DNA from: Cyanidioschyzon merolae
Taxonomy: Eukaryota
Direction: 5' to 3' (one strand)
Assembly (NCBI GenBank): GCA_000091205.1
Contig: AP006502.2
Length of the DNA stretch: 64,000 nt
Within the stretch, counting starts at the first letter, position 1; each line of letters opens with the position of its first letter. The notes under the pieces were generated by a model. That model did not search any database. It was not told where the DNA came from and saw nothing but the letters and a program-made list of their open reading frames with translations. This document shows positions 22,873 to 32,684 of this stretch, piece after piece. Position numbers and translations under genes: made by a program.

Positions 22873-23088
22873 TCGGACAGCCTTCCGTCTCTCCTACTCT
22901 TCATTTGTCTCTTCACTCAGCTTCATTTCCGCCTTGCGTTCGAGTTCACAGTCCAGAAACACGAAATATCGCAGGATGAAGCGATAGTATCTTTCCTTAT
23001 CTTTTTTCAACTCTGATATCTTGTCTGTTGGATACGCCAACCCCAGTACCGCACGGTGCTCTTGTACAGCCGCACGGATTACAGAAGC

Positions 23089-23852
23089 TTAATTCGTGCA
23101 CGCGTTTGATGCCTTCTTGTCGACAAATTCGACCTCATCTTCATGCCTGCGATCGTTCGTGATGCCGTTGATCATCGCCCCTTTCCCATTGCGCGAGATG
23201 CCCGGGTAGAGTGCAAACACGGCGCGTATCATGAAACGTTCGAGGTTCGTTGTCAAATGGTTCTTCAGGTTCGTGAGGTACTTCATCGCCCCATAGCTGT
23301 AAATATCCCGGTCACCCTTGTACCGAGTACCGTTGAAGCTGTAAAAGGGATGTTTTTTCGTGGAGGCCATGGACTAGCCCATTTTCCTTCCGCGATTCCT
23401 CTGTACCAAGTATCAGCTGACCTATACACGTCTTATCGAAAAACTCGTCCGGAATCTCGACCGTTTCCATGTGCATCACATCACGATACATCTCCCTCAC
23501 CAAATGCATCAGTCCTGACGACGCCTTGACAATACTCTTGGTGTACGAGTCGACACGTTTTACGATAGCGTCTCGCAACAATTCCCTGTGGGGATCCTTG
23601 ATATGTCCAAGAAGGAAGGTTTTCACCACCTTCTCGTTGTACAGTCGTCTTTCTTGCCGCCTTCGACGTAGGGCCTCTCCCTTTCGGTTCTTCTTCTATT
23701 CCTTTTCTCCTGGACTCGGCACTGTTTTTTGTTTTTTCTGGCAGCCTGCGACCCTGGGCCTCCAGGATCGTGGACATGCTTTTCCATAGCTTTCCTTTTT
23801 GTTTTTTTTTTGAAGAAGAACGCTCTTTGAACCCTTCTGTTATATACTGCAA
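23089..23852 (-). pseudogene. Element ORF1 region of copy B, broken into at least 3 frames (23089..23370, 23312..23629, 23481..23852). The homopolymer is A6 (T6 at 23353-23358 on the + strand).
   Basis: Amino-acid homology to 212..951, with HPFYSFNG.RYKGDRDIYSYGAMKYL...VEFVDKKASNACTN identical. Additional indels occur near the N-terminus. Confidence 0.35.
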
Positions 23853-25870
23853 AAAAACACTAGACTAGAGTTGTTTGAAGTTTGAAACAAAAACGAACTG
23901 AAAGGCTGTACTTTGCAATGACCTCAACGAAAATACAACTTTTAGAACAGAGCTACACGAATGAGATCGAGATCGCGTCTCTCTTCAACGACGGCACGCA
24001 CATCGTGTCAGTTAACTGCGCGATCTCCCAAGCGCGCTCGCTATGCGCAATGCGTGCACCGCGCGAGACGCTACTCGGATCGATGAAGGACACGTGTTCG
24101 ACGCCGCATTGGCACATGCGCGTTAGCATCGCACTGGAGCTGAAATAAAGTATCATAGACCGGAAACTCACGTGGAACGATCTCTTGCTATAAGCTATGT
24201 CGCTCGTGCACATCGCAGTACGGACCTGACATACATGGAGATGTAGGGGCCTGGCACGATACCCCTCGACGCTTCTATCAAAAGCGTAGTCGCGGTAGCA
24301 TCTTACGCTTGTGCGGGTAAGGTATGCATCACACCAGCTTGGAAGGGTTTCGTTCGGTTTATTGATCGTAAATAAAGTAGGCACAGTCGTATAACCAAGT
24401 ATGAATATACGTTTATTCTCTATCCTTGTTATGCATGCAGCGCAGACGCTGGAATAAGGAACTGACCTGAATTTTGCTTCTATCCTGCGTTATGTTCCGG
24501 AACTGATGGCACTTCAAGTCATTTCCATGCTACCGTCATTGTCCAAGTTATGGTGCCCGCTACTCTCCCGGATCCGGTGATCTCCGCAGAGGTAAAGCAC
24601 ACACATGTACCGTCCATACCTGCCATGACGTTTGAGCCTTGCGTCTCGCCTGGCACCATGGAGGCACCAGCACCACAGCGCCCCGTACGCGCTAGATCGC
24701 AACGAGTCTCTCGCGAAGCGCATTTTGCTGACACACCGGGGTTTCGATGGATCACGGATCCAAGTGCAGATCCCTCATGTGGCATGGAGGCATGGTCCAT
24801 GCATGCAGAGGAGTTATCCGTATGTCGTTGCGATTTGTGCGCTTCCACACAGGTGGCCCCAAGTATCGAACAGAAGCGTATGCAGAACGCTGCAGCACTG
24901 TCGTTGACAAGTATCGCTACAATATGGGGCCTTTAAAACCGTCAGGTACGCTGGCTTGTTTGCGTTTCTGTCGGACGAAGGTTGGTGACTTGGTTGTTAA
25001 AGAGGCAGCATGGCGTGAGCAGAGGCCGCGGTACTCGCGCAGGCACCATGACCTTCGGTTGGAGCCATAGGTGTGGGTCAGCGTCCCGAAAAGCGATCTG
25101 AAGAACAACGTCTGTGTTATGGGTCGAAAGCGGCTGCTTTTGTACACCACTGGGCGCAGCAAATAACGACACTTTAAGAACGATGCTCGCATCTCTGCAA
25201 CGGACCCGGTTTGAGGCGACTGCCCCTGCAGGCACACGATTCGCCACGCGGTTGCGCTTCTGATCGATGTTGTGCTCGATGAGCGTGGTCACGCATTGCG
25301 ACCGGTAAATAAGAGTATCTTTCCTTACGTTCAAGACTGGCATGCAACCGCGTTTGTGCTCACTAAATGTCTTATTCCAGAACCTAGTTGCACCTGTCGG
25401 AACAAGCATTTCGTTCAGTTGCTGGGGTGCGGCTGGTGCATCATTGTGGTTTGCAACGCGCTCTAGAAAGACGCGCTTCCGGTGCGCACTGCCGAGTGCC
25501 CGGCGGGTAGCGAACGAACGCAGCGTCTCTTATGAGTGACGAGAATCCGTGCGTAGCGCTGCTCGTTCCTCTCCGGACTGGAACGCTGGTGTCAAAGGCG
25601 GTGACTCGCAGACGGGAATCTAGTGCTCGTCGCAGGAACCGTTGTGGCACTAGACCGCACAGCTCCCATGACGCTGCTATACGCAAACACGCTGAAGGAG
25701 TCAGACGACGTTCCCTATGTCAAATTTTGCACCAGGACGCGTCCAGATGTTGCCACTACCGCATGTAGATTTCGAGCTCGTTAAAAAAAGAACCTTCTGG
25801 CCCTGCCAGCTTGGCGGATAGATCCCATTGCCAGATGCGTTCACCCGAATCCAAGCGAATGGACGCGGCC

Positions 25871-26046
25871 ATCGAAAAATGCATCACGTGATCGCACATC
25901 TCGACAGGTGAGCCACCTACCTATGCAGGCATTAGAAAATGCATCAAATAACGGTACTGATCGACAGGTGAGCAACCCACCCGCGCCTGCATCAGTATAC
26001 GCATCACGTCATCACACACGGTACCGGAGGTGAACCTTCGGCGCGG
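25871..26046. repeat. Three degenerate tandem units of about 60 bp, each containing ...gcatca...cgacaggtgagc...
   Basis: atcgaaaaatgcatcacgtgatcgcacatctcgacaggtgagccacc / attagaaaatgcatcaaataacggtactgatcgacaggtgagcaacc / atcagtatacgcatcacgtcatcacacacggtaccggaggtgaacc. Confidence 0.6.
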
Positions 26047-26162
26047 TTAAGATTCCGCTCAGGTATTCCAGGCGAGACAGACGGGTACTCTAGCGAGATC
26101 GCTGTCAAAATCCTCAAGAACCGGACAGGGGGCATTATCATCCGAGCGCGGGTATCAGCGAC

Positions 26163-27236
26163 TCACGAGAGCGCGCCATCTGCATCCACCTCATCCGGCC
26201 ACAAGTCATAGCCGAAATTGATATAGTCTTCCGCGTATAGTCGCTGGATGCGCTTTGCTAGGTCCTCACTAACGTACGCCCGCAGCTTGGCATTCGCGGA
26301 TCGCGCATGTGCGGCCTGCTGACGATGCGCTGCGGCTCGTGCGTCTTGATCCTGGACCCAGCGGCGTCCGTCCTCGTCGAACATATCGATAAAAAGTTGT
26401 CTCAACGCGCTGCGATTCTCAACTTTCACGACGTAATCATACAATTGACGGGGTATAAAACGAAAAAGACAAAACCCCGACTGAGGTCGCCAGTGCTCAT
26501 CGACCCAGTCCCAGTTTTTCCGATACCGACGTGCAACGTCTTCCAAGATGCTTACAAAATGCTCAAACGATGTTACAGGTTGCCGCTGCAGTGGACGACG
26601 CCAAAGTTCCCTCTGGCCAACAATTTTATCCAAGTACGCTGATAGGAGGCGTGATAGAGGGTGTCGCACCACAGCAGCGTACCTCCAGTCCGGGTGCGTC
26701 AGAGCATAATGAACCTGGTCGTCTGAGAGTGACCCCAGCTGCAGCAGGAAGCGTTTGCTGACGGGATGAATATACGAGAAATTCTGCGCATCCGTCGGAT
26801 TGAGCTCAACGTTCAGCTGCTTGCGCAGGGCGAACGCCCGCAGGTTCGTGCACGCAGCCTTCGGAATACTACAGAGCAAGCGTTTCTCTTTCGGAAAAAC
26901 AATGACCCCAACGTAGCTGAGTTTCTGCTCCACTCGCCACTCTGGCTTCAGTTTGAGGCTGATGTTGTGCTTTCCGTTCACAAGACGTTCCGCTGCCGAC
27001 GGAGTTGCGGGCCCTATCGATCCCTGTCCGATAGTTGTGTCCGTTCTCTTTGGGAGCTGCTCAGATGAGAGTGGGCCCCACAGCGCGGAGCGTGAAGCAA
27101 TGTTGAACGCCGTTGACGCCACAGCCAGGCACCACAAAATGAAAAGCACTGTCAGCACCTGTCGCCAGCTCAGCCTCGAAGACATAAACAAACGTATACC
27201 CATTCGGCGACTGCGTACTAGCGAAACCCAGCTCAT
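26163..27236 (-). CDS. Golgi-type carbohydrate sulfotransferase (Sulfotransfer_2 family), paralog of 20233..21369
   Basis: N-terminal signal-anchor VLTVLFILWCLAVASTAF. IPKAACTNLRA and VRHPLSRLLSAYLDK motifs, EHWRPQSGFCLF, and C-terminal YAEDYINFGYDLWP. Confidence 0.6.
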   Translation of the reverse strand: MSWVSLVRSRRMGIRLFMSSRLSWRQVLTVLFILWCLAVASTAFNIASRSALWGPLSSEQLPKRTDTTIGQGSIGPATPSAAERLVNGKHNISLKLKPEWRVEQKLSYVGVIVFPKEKRLLCSIPKAACTNLRAFALRKQLNVELNPTDAQNFSYIHPVSKRFLLQLGSLSDDQVHYALTHPDWRYAAVVRHPLSRLLSAYLDKIVGQRELWRRPLQRQPVTSFEHFVSILEDVARRYRKNWDWVDEHWRPQSGFCLFRFIPRQLYDYVVKVENRSALRQLFIDMFDEDGRRWVQDQDARAAAHRQQAAHARSANAKLRAYVSEDLAKRIQRLYAEDYINFGYDLWPDEVDADGALS

Positions 27237-29347
27237 ACTATAGTCGCTGGTCCCAGCTAGCGAGGTTTCCCTTCCAACCGTTCAACGCCGACGGAGCGTT
27301 TCAAAGGAGAAATAGACAATTTTGGTGGCGCTGCTGACAACTGCGCGCTGGCTCCGTGCCCTCAGTCGGTGGCCTGCGCAGCAGCGGGTGCTGTTCGATC
27401 GCGCTGCGATGGTGGCGGCGAGGCGGCGTCTGCCGCAGGCTGCAACGTTTGCCGTGGATGCATCCGGCTAACGTGCCAGAGCGGGTGACTGACGAGGTTT
27501 TTGTTGCTCACCAAGGAATATCGGTAAAAGTGACAGGGATCCGCTTTGTGTGTGACAGATGACAGTGATTCGTGGAGAAGCTGGGTTGCTTCCTCAAGTG
27601 CTTCGATAGGCCGGATCAGCCGCACCGCTTTTCGGATCGGGGTACAGAACTGCACTCCGTAAATTGGTCGTGTGGGTGTCAAGTCAGTCTGGGGTACGTT
27701 TCGTTGTAAGATCAATGGGCTTAAGCAGGTTGTCTTTGGGTGTGGACATACGATTGGAAACAAGGGAAAGCGTTTCAATCTACACGCAGACGCTTCTGTG
27801 TGCTTCTCAGTAGTCAGAGCCGTGTTTCGCTGAGGTGTAGCAGCTAGATCGATCGAGCGTTGCTTCGGATACCGAGCGTGCGTCCAGATGCTTGCCGGAG
27901 TCCTGGATACGACGCCGCTGCTGCCGATGCCGCGGTTGCTCCCTACACTCGTATCAGATAGAAAAAATGGAACACGGAGCTAGACGCTCTTTTCCCGCAT
28001 TTCGATTTCGTTTCGGGACTTTTTTTAGGCTTACCCTCCCGGAATTCGAATTGCCGCACTAAAGATTGTAGAGTCGTAGATGGTTTCGGGATTCTCGGTC
28101 GTGGCGATTGAGAGGATCGCTGAACGCTGTACTGCTGGTATTTGTGACGTCACCGGAATCAAGATGATTCGCTATGCACTCGAAGACGGATTCGTAAAAT
28201 AACCGACATCATTATCCAGTGCTTACGGACGAGCCCCCGCTCTTCTATTCTTCTTACGTATCGCATGGTAAAACCTCTTATTCTTCAAGTTGTCGATATT
28301 TCGTTTTCAAGGCAACCCATGGGTGCAGCAACTCGTGCCACGGGATTGAGGCGGACATGCACTCCAACTCGTCCCTTGAAGACGTCTTCTCCACATGACC
28401 ATGCCGGCATTTCACTGAACTTTTCTCGCTAAATGATCGATTTCGTTCAAACCAGAAATGCATCTCCGGTTCAGGCCACCGACGAAGCGGCATGCAACAG
28501 CAGCATGGTACCTCTGAGATAATACGCTGCCGAGACACCGCCATCACTTTTGTAAACATGGAAGAGACTTCTAGAATCGAAATTTAGCCATCGCATCGAT
28601 CGCTTCCAGTTCAGATTGCTTCTGCTTCTTGCATAAGAGCGGCGTCGACAGATAGAAATTTCTCGACATGATCTCCAGCTTGGATTGCCCTTTTGGTAAT
28701 TGTTTCACCATGGAAAACGCTGCGTTTCAAGAATGGTCTATCGAACAGAGCAGTGTGCGCTTGTGCATGTAGTGAACAGCGTACTCGCCGCGAGATCGCC
28801 CAGAAGAAGCACATGATCCGAAGGGCATCATACCGTGCTCAAAAGTGAGATGCGCATCGAGGCGGGCCTTCTGTATGCGTCAAGGGCAGGTATCGAGCGA
28901 TGATGCAAGCGTTCACGCCCCACATGTTGGTTCTCGGAGTTCGGCATACAGCGGATACATAGGAGCATGTGACCATATTCAAGTATCGCTGCCGCGAAAC
29001 GCGCACCGAAGCTGTATACAAAGAAAATTCGTAGACCGCAACTTCCACCTGGGCATGATATGTGTCGGCAACCGCCGCAAGCAGCGAAACGGCCGGGACA
29101 GGAAAGATCAGCTTACGTAAAGCCGGAGATAACAGAGAGGCAAAGAAAATAGTCACAAAACCTGTCCAGAAAGGCTGGCGTTGATGGCAATGAGAACAGC
29201 GTCCCAAAACTGTATTGTGTACGCCCGTAATCGTGGACTCGTTCCATGGTAGTCTTCTGGGGATGTAGCGACGACAGCAGCGTCAAAGAAATGTCGCACC
29301 GCTTCACGCGCAATGTCCGACGATCATGAGAGGTAAATGAATATCCA

Positions 29348-30588
29348 CTCGCAGACGCCTCCCAGTCTTTCTCGACCGGCCTGCTTCTGTCGGTTTCAGC
29401 ATCTCCCTATACATTTCGACGCTGAAAGGCTGTCCAGCAAAGTTGGCTCGCGTCTGCTCCGCGGGTCTCTTCTTCAGCACCGCGCATCTTCGGATACTGA
29501 TAGCAGCGATAAGGTCTCGGCTCACAGACTCCATGCGTTTCTTGCCGCCGCCTGTACACGGCAATGCGAATAGGCCTCGAACTTTCGCCCTCCTTCCCAT
29601 TTGCTCTTCCGTCAACGCTCCGTACTTTCTTACATCCTCGGGGATCCGCTGACGCTTTTCCATCTCGACCCTCTGAAGTGTACACATCAGCTCGTGGTAC
29701 ACGTAGGACGTTCGGAACTCATCTGTAGGTATCGTGACGAAACGCCGTGCGCTCTCCTTGTACGCTCGTGTCGACGGAGCTGGCGTAGTCCCTTTTTTCG
29801 ACGCCCAGCGCTCTGCCCCGTATGCAACACGAGCCTTTGACTCTCGTCCTCTTTGAGGGCGTTCAGCTCGTTGGAAAAGTTGGCGAATGCACGCTGCTTC
29901 CCACAAAAGAAGCTGATACGCAGACGAGCCCAACGGGGCTTTGTGTACTCTTTCCACAGCGCCTCGTACTGAGAAACGCGAACTTTCACGAATTCCCGAA
30001 AAGCTCGAACGTCCGCCCGACGGCTCGTCACCTGGCTGATCGCTGCTAGGTGTTCTTTGACTCCTGAGTTCCACTTCTCACTCTGTATCCTTGGATTCCT
30101 TACCCAGACTCTCGGTAGCACCCAGCGCTTGAGAACCTCAAAAGACACATGCCTTTCTGACGTAAGTTACCTTCAATGCCGTTTCCCCCGCGTTCGAGTG
30201 CTGCGATGGTCACGGTATCCGTGTTCTCGGGGTCCGCGCCAACGACAAAATCGTTGCTCTGCACCTGCTGTGCCGCAGGGCCCGCCTCCTTTTCTCCACG
30301 CTTCGTCAAAATCGACAACAAAAACGGAATAGGACGATCCGCCTTCAACTGCCGATCGTGCACATACATGGCTACTCCATCGGTTTCGATGACGCCTGTG
30401 AATACCTTTTGCTTGCTCGCATGGAAACGTTTGAAATCGAAGATATTCATCCAGTATGTCTCCCGATTTTCGGCGTTGAACTCTATGTTCCTTACATCGG
30501 ACTCTGGACAGACCTCCTTCATGATGCCGTCAACGGCTGTGGAGTCGATAGTCACGAAATGTGATCTGATGTTGCACATTGGAACCAC
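29348..30588 (-). pseudogene. TnpB/Fanzor-like nuclease pseudogene. It needs at least 2 frameshifts (fragments 30100..30588, 29687..30148, 29304..30074), has a single repeat unit and lacks a stop at the homologous position.
   Basis: VVGADPENT is retained, but RuvC-III is altered to RDLIAAISIRRCAVL and the Zn-finger Cys are lost ([20 protein letters not shown]). The ORF reads through the right end into the flank. Confidence 0.65.
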
Positions 30589-30634
30589 GTTGAAGCGCGT
30601 CCCCAGAAGCGCCGCCTTCCCTCTCTCTTACTCT

Positions 30635-31309
30635 TCATTTCTCCCTCACCCAGCTCCTTTTCGGCCTTGCGTTCGAGTTCTCAGTCCAAAAACACGAAAT
30701 AGCGCAGGATGAGGTGATAGTATCTTTCCTTATCTTTTTTCGTATGTGCAACCTTTTTGCTGGGTTGACAAGCCCCAAGACTGCACGGTGCTCTTGTAGA
30801 GCAGCACGGATTCCAGAAGCTTCGTTGTTTCTCCTGCGTGATGTCTTCTTGTCGACGAATTCGATCTCATCTTCACGCTGGCGATGGTTCGTGACGTCAT
30901 TGATGAAGGCCCGTATCCATCTACTAGACAGGTCCGGGTAGAGTGCAAACACGGCGCGTATCATGGAGCGTTCGATGCTCATGGTCAAGTGGTTCTTCAG
31001 GTTCGTGAAGGACTTTTTCGCATCGTAGGTGTAAATATCCGCCTCAGCCTCGTACCGTCTACAGCTGAAGCGATATTCGGCGTAATTCTAGTGGAGAACG
31101 TGCACTCGCTCGTCTCTCCTCGTCGTTCTCCCTGTTCCAAGCATCAGGTTGCTGATATATATCATATGGAAAAATTCCTCCGGAATCTCGACTATTTCCA
31201 TGTGCGTCAGGTCGTCGTGCATCTCGTTCACCAAATGGATTCGTTCTGACGAGGCCTTTATATTACTCATGGAGCACGAGTCGACACGGTTTCTGATGGC
31301 CTCTCGCAA
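30635..31309 (-). pseudogene. Remnants of element ORF1 in copy C (30635..30988 and 31088..31309)
   Basis: MIRAVFALYPDLS...EDEIEFVDKKTS and REAIRNRVDSCS...THMEIVEIPEEFF are homologous to the ORF1 frames of copies A and B. Confidence 0.4.
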
Positions 31310-32684
31310 CTTTTCCTTTTACGGATCCATGACATGTTTAAGAAGGTAGGCTTTCGCCACCGTCCAGTCGTACTGTTGTCTTTCCCGCAGCCTTTTCTGC
31401 GTGGGGCCTCCTGCCTTTGCTTCCTTGTCCTCTACTGTTCCTCTAGACTCGGCACTGCTTTTTGTCTTTTCCGGCAGCTGGCAACAGCGGTCCTTAAGGA
31501 TCCTCTATTTGCATCCCCATAACTTTTTTTATTTTTGAAAACGAACGCACTTTGAACGGATCTGATATGAACCGCGAAAAATCACTTGAATAAACTGAAC
31601 TGAGGCTTGAAACACGATTGGATTGAAAGCGCACACTTTGCTATGACTTCAATGCAAATACAACTTGTACTTTAGAGCAACAAGCTAATGATCAGAATTG
31701 CATTTCTCTTCAACTGCGAGATACGAATCGTGTCTCATTCCTGCCAGATTTAGAGGTGCGCGGATCGACCGGGCTTTAGAAAAAAGAACAGATACGAACC
31801 ACTAGCTAGGAAACACAAGTTCTTTGGCAATCTACGGTAAACGTTTCAAGGGGAAAAGGTGTCCACATTGTCGGAAGTTTACCTTCTACGCGGAAAGTGC
31901 CGCAAGCCGGACGAGTCTGCACGTCTTGCGCTTCATGCTCCCTCCAGTGTTGGGTGGTGTTGTAAGATATGAGCTGCTCTTGTGCAATCCGGTTTATTCT
32001 GGAATTCGGAGCAGGTATGCTGCGTCTGCGTGTTGCCCTGCTCGCAGGATTATCCGAGTGTATCGCTTCGCGCTGTCGCAGACACTGGGTCTGTATGCCG
32101 AGTTTCCAGACTCCTAGAATGATTATGTACTCAGACCCCGTGATGGGTAAACGAAGTCTCGAGACGATGCCCTAAGTGGTATGGCAAAGCCATTTTGTAA
32201 CCGTGATGTTCGGCATCAGCGGTATAGGCGCTGATGTAGGTGTTCGTAGCAGATACTCTGCGAACGATAGAACGTACAAACCGGCCAATACATCCGAGAG
32301 GAGGTAATGGAACCTGGAGTCATGGTGCAGCAGTATGATGGACGCTTTCCCGAAAGCCATTATCCAATGATCCTGCAATCTAGAATCCTTGGTCAATGGA
32401 ATGGTTCTGTCATCACCGTTAAGGATGCGCAGCCGGGGATCCTGGTCGTCGATGTTGCCTTGTTGTCCCGCAAACTTCATTGCCGAAGATCTGGTACTAA
32501 AGTATATAATTATGTCCATAAAGGATCCAGGTATCCCACATCGCCAAGGCGCTCTGGGCCGCGATCTCCCCGGCGCCGCCTTGGGCGCAGCAGAGCGCAG
32601 CGTCTGACGGACCGGGAGCATTAGCACTGGACGCGAAAGTTTAGGATTAGGATTGACGCCCGCAAGAGTACCTAGATCGTTTTT

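Larger units (their letters stand above)
21458..24083 (-). mobile_element. Fanzor/TnpB-family element, copy B (complete, about 2.63 kb), inverted relative to copy A
   Basis: Reverse-complement homology to 1-2582. The right-end boundary at 21458 is defined by abrupt loss of homology. The left end, approximately 24083 (+/-10), is defined by divergence from copy C after cggatcga. Confidence 0.7.
29348..31768 (-). mobile_element. Fanzor/TnpB-family element, copy C (older and degenerate, about 2.42 kb)
   Basis: The whole length is homologous to copies A and B at about 70-80% nt identity. The right-end boundary is at ...ggaggcgtctgcgag|tggatat (29348). The left end lies near 31768. Confidence 0.6.
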
